Source of the DNA: Octopus sinensis
Taxonomy: Eukaryota
Length of the DNA: 64,000 nt
Assembly: GCF_006345805.1 (NCBI RefSeq)
Contig: NC_043003.1
Location: 110,794,001-110,858,000, forward strand
Reading direction: 5' to 3'
The notes under the pieces were generated by a model. The model did not search any database. It saw nothing but the letters and a program-made list of their open reading frames with translations, and was not told the origin of the DNA. Shown here piece after piece: positions 29,151 through 43,615 of the stretch (position 1 is its first letter; each line of letters opens with the position of its first letter). The translations under genes were made by a program, and so were the position numbers.

Positions 29151-30168
29151 GCTTAAAAAAGATATGATTTCATTTATGGCCGAGTTAAGTGTGGAAGGGT
29201 ATCACTCAACACGATTTTTTTGATTTCCCATATAAGAAAATACAAAGTGTTATATGTGTCAGTCCTCACATCTTGCCGCATTAGGAAATAATATATCATC
29301 ATTTATCAATGGACACGAGGATGGATAGTTTCTATATTTTATTGAGCATGTCAAGAAGAAAAACCAAGCAGAGCACGGCAAGATTTGAATGCAAAGCTTA
29401 ATAAAGACGTAATAAAACGCTGCAACGCATTTTGTCCAACACAATAATATTACTATCCCGTCATCGTTTTAAGCAGCATTATTCAGAAATTGAATACAGC
29501 AGTCTTCCTTTTTCCAGTGTTTGTCACTGAACTAATAGTCTCCTACGCAGATTCAGTGCATTTTCTAAATCCTTCTACGACGATGCACTTATGAATGGAA
29601 ATGAATAAAAACAACAGGAGCAACATCTTCAATAACAAGAGCATCATTGTGGACATTAAACTAATAATAAGAGAAATAAACCGTAATAATAATAGAATAA
29701 GGACAGAAATGTAATTAAGGAGCGTTTTAAATCTATCATCAATATCGCTTGCAGTAAATCGAAGCCGAAGACAAACGCAGAAATGTAAAGATTATTCTCT
29801 CCTTTTTTTCAATGTAATATTTTTCTTTAAGAATCACATAAAGAGTTCGATTGAATTAATGAGAAAACAGCGTGGATGCTGAAGTTGCGAGTTGATGTTT
29901 ATTAACATTGATCAATTAAACGAAATAGTATGAGTGTAGAGCAGAGGTAAATATTGAATGGAACGAAAAGTAGGAAGGCATTGATATTGATCGAAGTTAA
30001 GTAGGATTTCTCTTCCTGGAAGGAGACTAAACGCCCGATTGTGGAAGAGATAGGGGATGTTTAATAAGGACTCAAATATTTCATATCATTCCGATCATTT
30101 AATGTTGGGCCTGAAACAGGATAAACAATTTTCAATGTATACATACATCTCTCTCTCTCTCTTTCTAT

Positions 30169-30258
<90 letters not shown>

Positions 30259-30294
30259 TTACATATATTTGTGTATATATGTATGAATATATAT

Positions 30295-30350
<56 letters not shown>

Positions 30351-30859
30351 TACATACATATATATGTATGCTTATATCTGAATATATATGTATAAATAAA
30401 TATATATATATATATATATACACACACATATATATACATAAGTATATATGTGCGTGTATGTATAACTATAGTTATCTATCTGTCTATCTATATATATATA
30501 TAGGGAGAGAGAGAGAGAGAGAGGATTGTGCGTGCATGTATGTGTGTCTGTGTATATGTGTGAGTATACATATATTGTTTATATCGCGTAGAAGCAGCTG
30601 GACACATTAACTAGTATAGCGTCGGGTGAAGCTAATTGGTGCTGAGTAAAAGTGATTCGATAAGACCTCCGTAGGTCAAAATGAATTTATGGAAACTGAA
30701 TAGGAAAATTTTAACAAAATAATTGTAAGCACAAGCCACATGCTGTGCTACGCTAAATCCTCCTGAGAATGAAACCAAATACAGATGTGTCTGCGGAATC
30801 CTCGTCCTTATATATTCATGGTTTCTTGAGCTGTGAATAGGTGCGCCAACTAGCGAAAT

Positions 30860-31110
30860 ACTCAATATCGATCAACGGAAATCCACTTTCAGGAGGTATG
30901 AGAGATGAACTCTTGCCATCCATAGGACTATGGCCGTTTCGCAGCCTTCACCATGTGATAATAATTCCTGTCTATAACAAATTATATCTAGATATCTATA
31001 TACATCTTATGAAATACACTTATTCCTCTGATCTCCTGGATCTCAACTTCATGGGATTCTGCCTTATACTCGTTTCTATGGATTGCAATATATCCTGTTA
31101 ACTGAGCCTG
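30860..31110 (-). mobile_element. Possible Penelope-like 3' relic with decayed hammerhead remnant
   Basis: Weak GIY-YIG C-terminal resemblance (RRSEE*VYFIR) followed by gtgaaggctgcGAAACggcc, similar to PLE terminal motifs. Confidence 0.3.
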
Positions 31111-31211
31111 CGCGATGAGCTCTCTGAGATTGTCACACGATTATATGAAAGTACATATAAAGCTGCAACTTTGTACGAATATATATGTGTTTGTGTGTGT
31201 GTGTGTGTGTG

Positions 31212-31246
<35 letters not shown>

Positions 31247-32002
31247 TGTGATCGTGTGTGTCAGTTTTTATATATTTACAACGCTCTGAATGTACTTAGC
31301 GCATAAGCAATATTTTACATAAACAGAACAATTACATCAGACCGATGTCCACATCAACCTAAACTGATAATCTGTAATAATTAATAATCTTGTTATTGAC
31401 ACATTCAATCCTGATCGTGATAGCATAGAATAATTACTCAAACTATTCATCAAGACCTAACCAATCTGTAAACTTCATTCCCGAATAACGATTGGCAATA
31501 TTAACACTTGACCTATATTTATGAACTGTCCATCTATTAGTTCATCTATGTATTAATCTTACGATTTTCACTGTCGAAGTAAATGAAGCCTTCATAAATT
31601 CATTTTAGTGAAAGATAGCGTTATCTATGTTATTATTCTGATATATATGTGAAATATAAAACGGTCGGTTAAGTTCTAGATAATAAGCTATCGAATTTCT
31701 AAGCATATTTATCAAAATTGAGAAAAACTGTGGTGCGCGAGCTGCTCATACAAATTGATTGTTATGGTATATTGTGGCAACTCTTCCATTATTCTGCGCT
31801 ACACTGTTGGTTATCTTCGGTTCGATTTATATTCAATGAATAAAAATTCATATTTCAACTGGAAAACGTTAACTCTCCACAGTAATTTGAATATATATAT
31901 GACACGTGCCTTTTTTCTTTGTATCGTTTATCTGGATGTTTTGTTGTCCTAAATTTTTTATCACTTAGTTGTCCGGATCTTTTGCGTTCTTGTTCCATTT
32001 TG

Positions 32003-32084
<82 letters not shown>

Positions 32085-32335
32085 AGTGAGAGAGAGTGAG
32101 AGAGAATATGAGAGAAGGACAGACAGACAAACAGAGACACAGAGAGAGATAGAGATGCATACATATGTATATACACATATGCCGTACACAAATCTGTCAG
32201 TGGGTGTTTTTGTGTGCAATTGTGTGTGCATGTAGTTATGTATGACTTTCACTCACTCTTTATTTCTCCTTCAATATATATACATACACACACACATGCA
32301 CACGCACACACACACACACGCACACACATAATATA

Positions 32336-33440
32336 TACAAGGTATTTGAGGATAAATTTTGAAGACGTAGCTGCATTTTTTGCTAACTCTGTGTAATCTT
32401 TGTTTCAGAAAATGATAATGGCAGACCATCATCTCACTCAAAATACTAAGAGGCATGCTGTTATTGTGGTTCTAAAGGTTGAGCGATTTAGAAATATCTC
32501 GATTTTAAAAAGTTGTCAGATCTCTCGTCTACAAAATTTGTAAAAAGTTAGAGACTGAAGATAGAAACGTATCACCAGTATCAAAGCATAAAACGCATTC
32601 TACATTCTAAACTCTCTGAAATCATCAGAACACTTGAGTGTATCCAGCAATTTCAACAGACCATTGATTACAAACCCAGAAAGTCTATGAGATCAATTGC
32701 AAAAGATCTCCAATGTTGTCCACGAAGGCAGATGTAAGGAAAATAAAAATCACTACGTGATACTTAAACGTTTCTTAAACAAACTGAAAATTCCAGCAGA
32801 AGATATGATTTGTTTTTCCTCCAACGAGAGAAACTTCGATCAAGTTCAAAATGCTAACAGATGAAATGACAGATGATCATGTGTAGACCCTTCCGAAGTT
32901 CCGAGTGTTAAAGATACAAAATTGTCTGCAACTGTTATGGTTTTAGGGGTTGTCAGCAATGAAGGACATTTGATGACTCTTTACTTCATTCCACAAGGCC
33001 GCCTACATTTAGGTCCTGGAAACAATTGTTATGCCATAGATAGACAGTGTATGCATTGGAAGGCAATATGTGTTTAAGTAAGCCTTTGCACTATCACACA
33101 TCACTGTAGTAACTAGGTATGGATACCTGAAAATTTTCAGGGTCACCTAACCCCTAACATTTGGCCTCCTAATTCCCCAGATCTCAATCCATTGGACTAT
33201 TACGTGGAGAGCGTTTTTGAGAGAGAGGTCAGTGAACACGACCGTAATACCAAAGATTCTTTGAATACTGCAATAATCGAAGTAATGTCCAAAATGAACC
33301 AGGACCAGTTGATTCGAACATGAAAATGATTTAGATCTCATATACAAGCAATTGTTGAAGCTGAAGGTGGTTTTATTGAATAACATTATGGAAAAGAAGA
33401 TTTATTTCTATCGTCAGAGAATTTTTTGAATGCTATGAGG
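32336..33440 (+). mobile_element. Tc1/mariner element (maT-like), degraded
   Basis: PRKSMRSIAKDL, TVMVLGVVSNEGH, WPPNSPDLNPLDYYVWS, IQAIVEAEGGFIE*. Confidence 0.85.
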
Positions 33441-33924
33441 ATTTATTATCTTTTAGTATATAAACATATTCTGTCCGCAAATGTCTGTGTGTGTGTATAC
33501 ACATACACGCACACACGTATATATATATACACATACACACACGCGCATATAAATATATAAATATATAATACCTATGTCTGTGTGAAAACTGATGATAACC
33601 AAAATACCTTTAACATTTTCAATGAGAAAATGGTGTTATGGCTACGTATTCGGACATGTGTTATGATACGTAAACAATTTTCCTTCTTCCATTCAAAATT
33701 GTTCGACTAAGTTAAAAGCGGCAGATTTTGACACCATCTTCTCACCAGGGTTCATTTTAAATTTTACAGCCGCCTCTGTATAAACGTTACGCAATCTTTG
33801 AATATTTGATAATCTAATCAGTTGATAAGTTTACTTTTAATTAAAAATTATATATCATCACATTTTTCGGCATCAACTTCGTCCATGTCGTCGACGTCCT
33901 CCCCATCCCTCCTTACTCATCACA

Positions 33925-34139
<215 letters not shown>

Positions 34140-34150
<11 letters not shown>

Positions 34151-34372
34151 ATGTTTATTAGGGCAACGAGAATGGTTAATACGCCGAGTAAAAAACTTAA
34201 CGGTATTTTGTCCGTCTGGTCCTTCTGCATTCAAATTTCCTCGAGGTCGTCTTTGATTTTCATCCTTTCGAGTTGGATAAAATAGGTGCCAGTTGAACAG
34301 TGGTGTCGATGTAATAGACTTAACACCTGCCTCCAAATTTGCTGGCCATGTGGCAAAAGTTGAAAATAATAA
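34140..34372 (-). mobile_element. Short interspersed repeat (SINE 3' body type)
   Basis: Reverse complement contains gacctcgaggaaatttgaatgcagaa...aagttttt, as in the 28741 and 61320 copies. Confidence 0.6.
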
Positions 34373-34616
34373 TATTGTCGTTGTTGTTCTTGTTGTTACC
34401 GTTATGGGAGACATCCTCTTCGTAGAATCTGATTGTTGTTCAATATTCTAAATGAGAAGTAGATAGACAGCCGACAACGGATGAAGGGTCGTTCTTTGTG
34501 ATACTTGTCCTGTTTTTCATTGGTTTCCTTCCTTGTTTGCATACTGAACTCATTTGTTCTCGAATATTATGTTGTTTACTGTTGGCGACGTCCACTATTA
34601 ATATATACACATCTAT

Positions 34617-34659
<43 letters not shown>

Positions 34660-36914
34660 ATGCATGTATATATTATTTATGTCCTTATTTAATTGAAAGC
34701 TACGCATCCATTTCCAAGTAAATACACATGCACACACATGCGCACACATATGTGCGCATATATATGAATGTAGACATACATAGATATATATGTTTATGCA
34801 TATATATATATATATAAATGTATATATATATATGCATATATATATGCATATATATGTATACATATATATATGTGTCTATATATGTATACATATATACATG
34901 TATATATATATATATATATTTGTATATATATTTATGTATGTGTATATATATATATGTTTATATATATATATATATAATATATATATATATAAATATATAT
35001 ATACATATGTATGTGTCTATGAATATATAGATATATGTATATATTTGTATGTATATATGTATGTTTGTATTTATATATATATATTCATAGAGCTTATGTA
35101 TGCACAAATGCAAGATTAGTGGACAGGTCAATAGTGCGATATTAGACGATTAAAAGCGAAGTGAGAAACATCTGCGTCCTTTTCTTTCGCTCTATATAGA
35201 CAGATAATCTAAGAAACAATTCTGATAGGTATTTAGGTAGCTACCTTACTAAGGAGACAGATAGACTCTCAGACAAATAGGAAGAATTTTAACCTGTAAT
35301 ATTACTCATCTGATGTTCCTATTAACACTTATATTTTTTATTGCTTAGTTCTGAAACAAGTACTTATATATAGAATATTTAGCATAGTTCTGTGTATGAT
35401 AATACGTCTGCTACTGGGTATCTTCATCGAAATCGCGGTGAGCTTACAACGGTAAGTTTATTAGAATTGAATTCGACTTTTAAAATAAACACCTATGCAT
35501 GTACTACGCTGATACATGTTTTTATTGCTTTTGTTTGTTATTTGTGTCGTTGCCATTGTTTATGAGGTTCAGTTTTAGTCGCAGAGGCATGGGGAGAAAT
35601 ATAATGAAGTTATAACCATACCGTCTTTTACATAAATACATAGGACTTATTCAGTTATATTTCATTTTCTTATTTAATATTGGTATGAATGAGAGATATT
35701 TGGCTGCTATTTCTAGCAACATGTTGATTGACCAATGTGGGTTCCGACTGCTTATTGTTGAATCATTGCCAATGAACCAACGCAGAAACTTATATTTTGC
35801 TCGCCATGACTACAAAAACGATATCAAATAACTCAAAACACACCCTGCTGTTTCCATACAAATCACGCAATTAATGATATACATATTAAATCAGTACATA
35901 TACAAATTAAGTCACATATGACATATCAACAGTAGTGAACTTTTGCGAGCACAAATCTAATCCATCAAACATATTTGCAGTCTAATCAATAAAGGCAATG
36001 AATGTTGTGATGTACCATCTGTTTACAACTATAATAATTGTTCAAACGGAAACTTGCTAATTTTCAAGAGTCTGATTTTTTTAGCATTGGATTACAGAAA
36101 TAGTTTCCCTTCTATTCTCAATTACTACTTTTTTTTATTTTGCATAACTTCTCTCTTATGTTTTATGGGATACCATGTTGATATTCCTCCATGTTTGAAT
36201 ATCAAGAACAATTATAGTATTCAAGAACAAATATAGACAATGATTAAAAAAAACAAGAAACAGAGAAACAAGAAGATAGATTAACAAAAGAGAAAGTATA
36301 ATTATTTTATAATGTAATTGATTTAATGCATTTCTCTTAATCTACAGTACACGGAAGTTATGTATTTTCATCCCTCAGACTTAAGCCACTTTACATTGTC
36401 TTAAGGCTCAGTCAGTACTTTGAGTAAAAATGTGCGAATTTTGACAAGATTTTATTGAAGCATACAAGTTTACTTACGCAACTAATCAAATCGTAAGTGC
36501 TATGTGTCTATATATGAACAAACTATATATGTAAGAATGTATATATAATATATACATACACAGTTTCCGTATGCCAAAACCGCTGACAAGGGTCGGGCAA
36601 GGCAACACTGGTAAGCAAGCCTCCTATTGCACAGCCACATCTGTGGTTATATATATCCTGAGTTACAACTATGTATAAAAATCAACCATATATATATATG
36701 AATATACATTGATATATATATATAACTACAAAATTAGAGAATGGAGAAATATACTTAAATCAGTAAAACATCAACTATCCGATGATACTCAATCCATACT
36801 TTAATACACCATTACATATGAGTAAAGGCAATACATAAAATGAAATGAAATATACAGTAATAGTAAAAAGATAAAGAGATATAAGTAAAAAATTTTCAAA
36901 TATGATATGCAAAT

Positions 36915-37040
36915 AAATCAAAACTGACAGCTGTTTCGGCAGTGAGGACAGTCATACCTCATTTAACCTATAAGCCATAAAGGCAGGTATAAATGAGGCA
37001 TTAACAAGGATGCCCCACGGCCTCTTCAGAGAATTAAATT
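36915..37040 (-). ncRNA. Type I hammerhead ribozyme motif, Penelope-terminal type
   Basis: Minus strand reads CU-CUGAAGA-GGC.GUGGGG[long hairpin]CCUCAC.GCC-GAAAC-AGCU-GUC-AG: full core, extended stem II, palindromic stem III ACAGCUGU and a GUC cleavage triplet. Confidence 0.75.
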
Positions 37041-37375
37041 AAATTTGTTATAATAGTGAAAAATATTATACAATCATATACATATAAATATAAAAATATA
37101 AAAATGTAAAATATAAAAACTTATACATCATAATGCTACACTTATATAATATAATACACATTTGTACAAAAAAGGAAGGTAAACAGAACAAAATAAAACA
37201 AAATATATAATAGAGTATATATTAATATCAATAAGTACCGATATTATACATATTTGGCTAATAGTTTTTTTTATATATAAAAAAAAAGGCTAACATATAT
37301 GGAGATGAAAAATAATAATTAAATCCGTGGTACAGTTCATAAGATTCTAAAGCTATAAAGTTAATAAAAATTACT

Positions 37376-37445
<70 letters not shown>

Positions 37446-37507
37446 TATAATAAAAAATAGATACAGTTAAGTTAGCACCAAGTCCATCCTTACAAGATCG
37501 AAATAAC

Positions 37508-37548
<41 letters not shown>

Positions 37549-37835
37549 ATATTTTATACACAGACACACGTACACACATACACAAACACGCACACATACA
37601 TATATATATATATAGATACATAGGTACTGACGCTCATTCATGCCTATCTCGCGACCTATTACTGCTACATATTTCTCATTATGTATAGATGTGTGTGATC
37701 ACCAGTTGCTCTTAACTGCGTCTATGTTTGCGTCTTTATGTTTGTACATACGTGTGTGCTCGTGTGCTGGTGACGATGGTCAAATATACAAAATACCTCT
37801 CTTTACTACTTCGCTAAACATAAAATGATACATAC

Positions 37836-38042
37836 CGTCACACCAAGAAAATTTGTTGCATTTAGAGCTGCAGTAACTTCCTCACGAGTAAAGACTAAAG
37901 GTGTATGTCGCCGTTTCCGCTTTCTCGCCAGACGATCAAATGCCTTTGCAATCACCCAGATTCCGTCAAATGCGTAACCATGGAATTTGCTATATTCGTT
38001 TCCTCGTTTTTTGTTGTATTTGTCCAGGTACGTTGCTGGCGT
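37836..38042 (-). CDS. GABBR2: GABA-B receptor subunit 2-like, next coding exon, 69 codons, phase 0/0
   Basis: Translates TPATYLDKYNKKRGNEYSKFHGYAFDGIWVIAKAFDRLARKRKRRHTPLVFTREEVTAALNATNFLGVT, matching the GABA-B2 motifs TP..Y...SKFHGYAYDGIWVIAK...MNETNFFGVT. Acceptor atctctgcAG and donor GTATGT give 207 nt, in frame with the previous exon. Absent from the ORF track. Confidence 0.94.
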
Positions 38043-38170
38043 CTGCAGAGATTTGTTAATAAAGATTGTTAATATTTTTATTAAGCGTAAAACTCAAGCA
38101 ATATTTTTATATTAATTTTTCAATATACAAAAGGAGAAATTTTAAATTTAATTAACTTTGAAAAAACCAA

Positions 38171-38217
<47 letters not shown>

Positions 38218-39253
38218 AACTATTTTATGTGCTAACACAAACATTTACAGTGCATAACACAAACTACAGTGTCAGCATAACAAATGTGGATTATTACTTC
38301 ACTGTTCTTTTGTCTCTGGGTTTTCTTTTAAAATCGTGTACGCCCGTCATAATCAAAATCATTCAAGCAATAGCTAGCCCGAAAACTTCTACTAATAACC
38401 ACTGTCCAATGTAAGCTTATTTGCACAATTTTATTGTAGCATTCTAGCGAGATACGATTGTTAATTTTATCAGGTCAACATTCAACATAGAAGTTCCTTA
38501 CTTGCGACGTCATTTAGTTGTTGACGCCCTTATTGCGTAGACGCAAATATTCTCTAATAGATCTGATGAAATTTAAAAGTTATGTGATCACTGAAAACTA
38601 CATCTTAAAGTCACCTGTATTAAATTTACATTATGCAATGTGATATTCTTGTTTTTAAGAGTAAGTTTTGATTTAATGGAGATTTTGTTGGTCATTAATG
38701 CACATCGTCTAGTGAACACGTAGTTTCCTTCTTTATTATGTCACGTCACTGCTGTAATTATATGTGAGTTATATCCCATTCACAATTCCATCGTTAGCCT
38801 ATCTCGATTTCACGCTAAAACTATCATGATTTATTGACATTAAGCAGGTGATATCAATGCTAGAATTATATTAGACCTTCACCGATAATTTTATGTAATT
38901 CTGATAACATGAATATATGACAATTTGCAAAGCAACTTTGAAAGGCAGGACTGAGAGATGGGCCACATTTCAGAATGTTAAACATTTCACACATTTAGCT
39001 ATCTCTAAATGATAAACAAATGAGGGGGGAATGAACCATAAAAATTAGCTACACCAAATGTTAAAACCTAAAATAAAATACGTTTATTTCTTAACAAAGG
39101 AGATATATTCAATATTCAGGCAACTTATAAACGATGGGCTACAAATACTATTATTCATTCAGATCACTGTTTCCAGTGATAGAAACGCATATACACTGCA
39201 ATATTATCTAGCAATTCACATATACATATACATATATAAATATATATATATAT

Positions 39254-39285
<32 letters not shown>

Positions 39286-39293
39286 ATATGCAT

Positions 39294-39332
<39 letters not shown>

Positions 39333-39339
39333 CATATAA

Positions 39340-39413
<74 letters not shown>

Positions 39414-41329
39414 TAGATATATAAATATAGATATACGTGTGTGTATAATCCAAGAACATAAAATCATTTCCTTCAAAGAGATGTAAAACATACAATTTTC
39501 CGATTCTTCAGTTAGATACCACAAAAGAAAAAGAAAAAAACTCGAACGTAGGAAATAGAGAAATTTATTCGAACTTTTTTATAATATAATTATACTATAA
39601 AAGATATAATATAATACGATATAATATAATATATGTAATAAATAAGTGAAATATATATCCTACGATTATTTCGACTGATATCCACTAGTGAATCTATAAA
39701 AATTCAAATTTATGCACATGAGTCTCCTCATATATCAATCTAAAATGTAGATACATACACATATGTATACACACACATACATACACATACTACATATATG
39801 CATCTAATCAAATTTAATAATGAGAGTATATAAATAATATCATAAAATGCCCTATCGTGATTAAAAACAGTTCTAGTGTAAGTACGTATTTCCAGTTTTT
39901 TTCCGTAAGCAATGAAAGTATAAGTATATAAATATTGATTTACTGTGGTATTTTCCTCTCATAAAGTAAATTTGTGTTTTTACTTGTTACTTACTTAGAA
40001 AAATATTTATATTAGTACGCATAAATAGATTAGAATAATTCTTAAATACAATTTTATATATTTTCGTATAATTGTGCATATATGAATATTTTTTCTAGAC
40101 TCTATAATAGTTAATATATATTACCATAGTATGTCCTTTCGAACTGCTATGCGCATAGAAATTATAGAATATTAAGATCATTGGCTTACTCTAATTTCTT
40201 TCCTTCTTAAGTAAAATGTTTATACTTTATTTATTTATATAATATTAACATTTTTATGTAAGAAATAGTATAGTTTATGATAATCGTAACTTTGTACATT
40301 TGTATAACACCGGCGTATTTAGTAGAAACTCTTGAATTAATGAATCGCTGATTAAAAGTTTTTTAATGAATTTACTATCTGAATAAAACATATCCTTGGT
40401 TATTTCTTCATAGTAATATACAGAGATTTTAAATGAAATATATTTTATACTCCAGCGTAATTCCTTAACATATTATATAGATTTTATTGTGATTATTTCA
40501 GATTAAAATATATTTAAATTAATATCATTAAGGATGCATAAAAATATTTTATGACTGTTGTAATTCTTGTGTTTATTAATTCATTTTAAAATTATTAACG
40601 CTCGCGCTTGTAAACATAGCTATACTTTAGATTAGTCAATTCAATGATATATGAGTCCTTCCATCAAATCTTGTCTACTATTTAGGCAAATATTACCCTG
40701 AGGAGACCCATATGCATAAATGTGGCTTTTTATAAATCCCCTTGGGATATGAGTCGAAATGCATTGTAGGATATATAAATATATATATATATACATGCTT
40801 TAATAATTTGTTAGATTATATATTTTATAGTGTAATTATATTATAATATAAATAAACTTTTAATATGTCGACTGTATTTCTATATTTCCTTATATATATA
40901 TATATATATATGATTGTATGTAAGTATGTACATGCAGAAAAATAGGGGAAGAGGGAGGAGACAGAGCTCACAGAATATTTATATGTAAATTGAGTTATTA
41001 TAAAACTAGTGTTTATCAGAACACATTTCATTTTGAAAATTAATAGGATGTAGAGTAAAATTCTCATTTGCGATCACCGGTTTTCAAACCAATGAATGTT
41101 CGCATCTTCCACTGCTGGTATCTCGCTGTTAATTTTATCAGGTCGATATCCTGCATAGAAGTTCCTCACATGTGATACCATTTCAGTGGTGGTGCTGTTT
41201 TTGTATAGCAACAAATATTCGTAATGGATATGGGGAAAGTTGAAAGGTAACCGAGCAGCAACAAATACATTTAAAATGAGATGTATTAATTTCTCAGTTA
41301 ATGTCTGTCCCCAAATTCTTGTGTGTGAA

Positions 41330-42174
41330 CGTTTTTATACCATAAAATGTATCTTTAAAGTATTGCCATGAAAACGTCCAGAGGTGTAAGGTCTGGTGAA
41401 GGTGGAATGTATTCTACTAAATCGTTGTGTCGTATCCAGCCTTTTGTCGACGTTGCTGCGGAAGTGCAGGAGTGCCACATGTTTGCTGGAGATAAAATTC
41501 CAAAACATTAAAGTCCCTTGGATGCTTGGTTTAACAGTTTTATACATCAAATCTAAATTAATATGAACGATTTCTGAAACGCTAAAAAGAATGGTCCAAT
41601 TAATCGTGTTGATGATAATATGTATCACATTGTAACTTGTTGCTCTTCTGCAATATAGGTATCTTCAGGTCCCTCATATTAGGTGTAATTATGAAGGATA
41701 GTAGAGACAATTAATTTAGATGTAGCTTCATCACTGCATATTTCTGTTTGGAACATCTTCATTCAGAGAATAGACAATTCTTTGAATGCAACTTTTCGAA
41801 AGATGGTATTTCAATTTGCGATGAACGCTTGACTTTGAAATTCCATCTCACGATTTACTTATGGCGGAGATATTCTTGAAATTTGGCAGATGATTTATGG
41901 GTCTGGTCTGTACCCGAAATTTTCTGCACACTTCCATCTACTTCAAAGTTATCGTATTCAATTGAAGTTAAGTCGGGTATTTGGATCTGCTTGAAACTAC
42001 TTCCTAAACACTCTTTGCTCTTCGGTTGCGTTTCCAATTTTCAGATTTCCTTTTTCAAAGATGTGTCCGCCTACCGTAATTATTTGATTTAAATTCCAAA
42101 CCAAACGACTATTGAGTTATTATCTTTTACAATGCGTATACATTTTGAGAGACCACTTTCTTTCGCACCTTATA
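41330..42174 (-). mobile_element. Tc1/mariner relic inside the intron between the two GABA-B2 exons
   Basis: Degraded CSDEAT (FSDEA), QQ..GTPA (QQDGAPAH) and PPSPDLTPLDVF. TIR-like end gaccactttctttcgcacctta-ta. Confidence 0.7.
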
Positions 42175-42325
42175 TATATATGTGTGTGTGTGCGTATGGA
42201 TGCATGTATGTATTATGTATGTATGTAAGTGTGTACGTATGAACGTATGTATGTATAAAAATATTCTGATGAAGTTTCCTAGATGTTTATGATGACATCA
42301 TGCAGTAATGTCTTATCCTTGTTCC

Positions 42326-42384
<59 letters not shown>

Positions 42385-42661
42385 TGTGCGTGTGCGTGTG
42401 GTTAATTGTGTTTCTATGTATGTATGAATGTATGCATCTATGTCTGTATGTATGTATGTATGTATGCATGTGTGAGTAGCAAAAGAAGGAGGGAGTGAGA
42501 AAAAGTAAAGGGAGAGAGAAAGAAACAGAGATTAAGGAAGGAAAAATCAAACAGAGAGGCTGAATAATATTTCACATTTACACATAAAGACAGAGACACC
42601 TTTATACAGACTTATAAGCACATACATAATATGTAAAACTGTGTAGTTCAAGAATACCTAC

Positions 42662-42847
42662 CCAACCAGAATCCGTAACTAAATTGCTGCTACTGAGTGG
42701 GAGGATATCTGTTGAAATGTAACCATGGATTGTCTCATTGATTTGCTCTTGAGTACAATTCTCTTCACTCTGTGTCCACCAATCCACCGGATAACCACCA
42801 AGGATTATCCACTGGTACTTTGGTCCATACATCCCTCTTTTGTAGGC
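42662..42847 (-). CDS. GABBR2: GABA-B receptor subunit 2-like, internal coding exon (Venus flytrap domain), 62 codons, phase 0/0
   Basis: Translates AYKRGMYGPKYQWIILGGYPVDWWTQSEENCTQEQINETIHGYISTDILPLSSSNLVTDSGW, matching the GABA-B2 segment as I recall it (AYEENMYGSKYQWIIPGWY...EGYIGVDFEPLSS...TISGK). Acceptor tttctcctttgaagacAG and donor GTAGGT give 186 nt. Confidence 0.92.
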
Positions 42848-43446
42848 CTGTCTTCAAAGGAGAAATACCAAATTTTAGATACAAATATATTATTATTGAT
42901 TTAGAAAAATCATAATGTAATTAACTCCTGCAACATTGATCACGCGTTTCAGATGTATATTAAAGTAACATAAATGCAATCTACATTAAGCGTGAAGTAA
43001 AAATGTATTTTACTGAAAAATGAAGTATTTCTACATGAAACTTAGACTAAATATTATGAGTAGAAAACTGTTTTATTTGTTACAACACGCTAGATCAGTA
43101 AGTGAAACTCTGTTACATAAAATTCAGAACAGAAGTTTGAAATATTAAAATATGAAAGCGATGAAATTGCTGTTGTATTGCCACTATATATCACGCGAGC
43201 TTTCAGTGCGATAAATATACTGACAAGTGTGATTTGTATGTTTGTCAAATATAAATGATATATGAGAATTGTTTTATTAATAAACGCGTAATTAAATGAT
43301 ATAAAATCAGAGGATCACTTTTCATTATATCATATACAGACATGCACACATACGCACGAACACACACACACACACAAACACGAACACTAACAAACACGAA
43401 CACACACACACAAACACACATTTATATACTGTTGTGTCTGGGGCAG

Positions 43447-43615
43447 GTCATTCTCTTTTTGTGCCTTATAATTTAACACATTCACCGGTAAACTTTACAC
43501 TCATTTCTTTCTTTATTTTACTAAAATTTTCTTTGCGTCTTGCAACCATTTCAATAGTTGCTGATGCAAAAACACGGTGTTCGTGTTAAATTATAAAGTA
43601 CTAAAAGAGAATCAC
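43447..43615. repeat. MITE-like foldback with 33-bp terminal inverted repeats and an inner hairpin
   Basis: gtcattctctttttgtgccttataatttaacac versus the reverse complement gtgattctcttttagtactttataatttaacac (29/33). Inner tttgcgtc.tgcaacc...gttgc.gatgcaaa. Confidence 0.8.

Noticed and set aside
29170-29450. Additional mariner 3' fragment
   Set aside because: It has a TIR-like end (ttttgtccaacacaata), but the coding motifs are too degraded to support a call.
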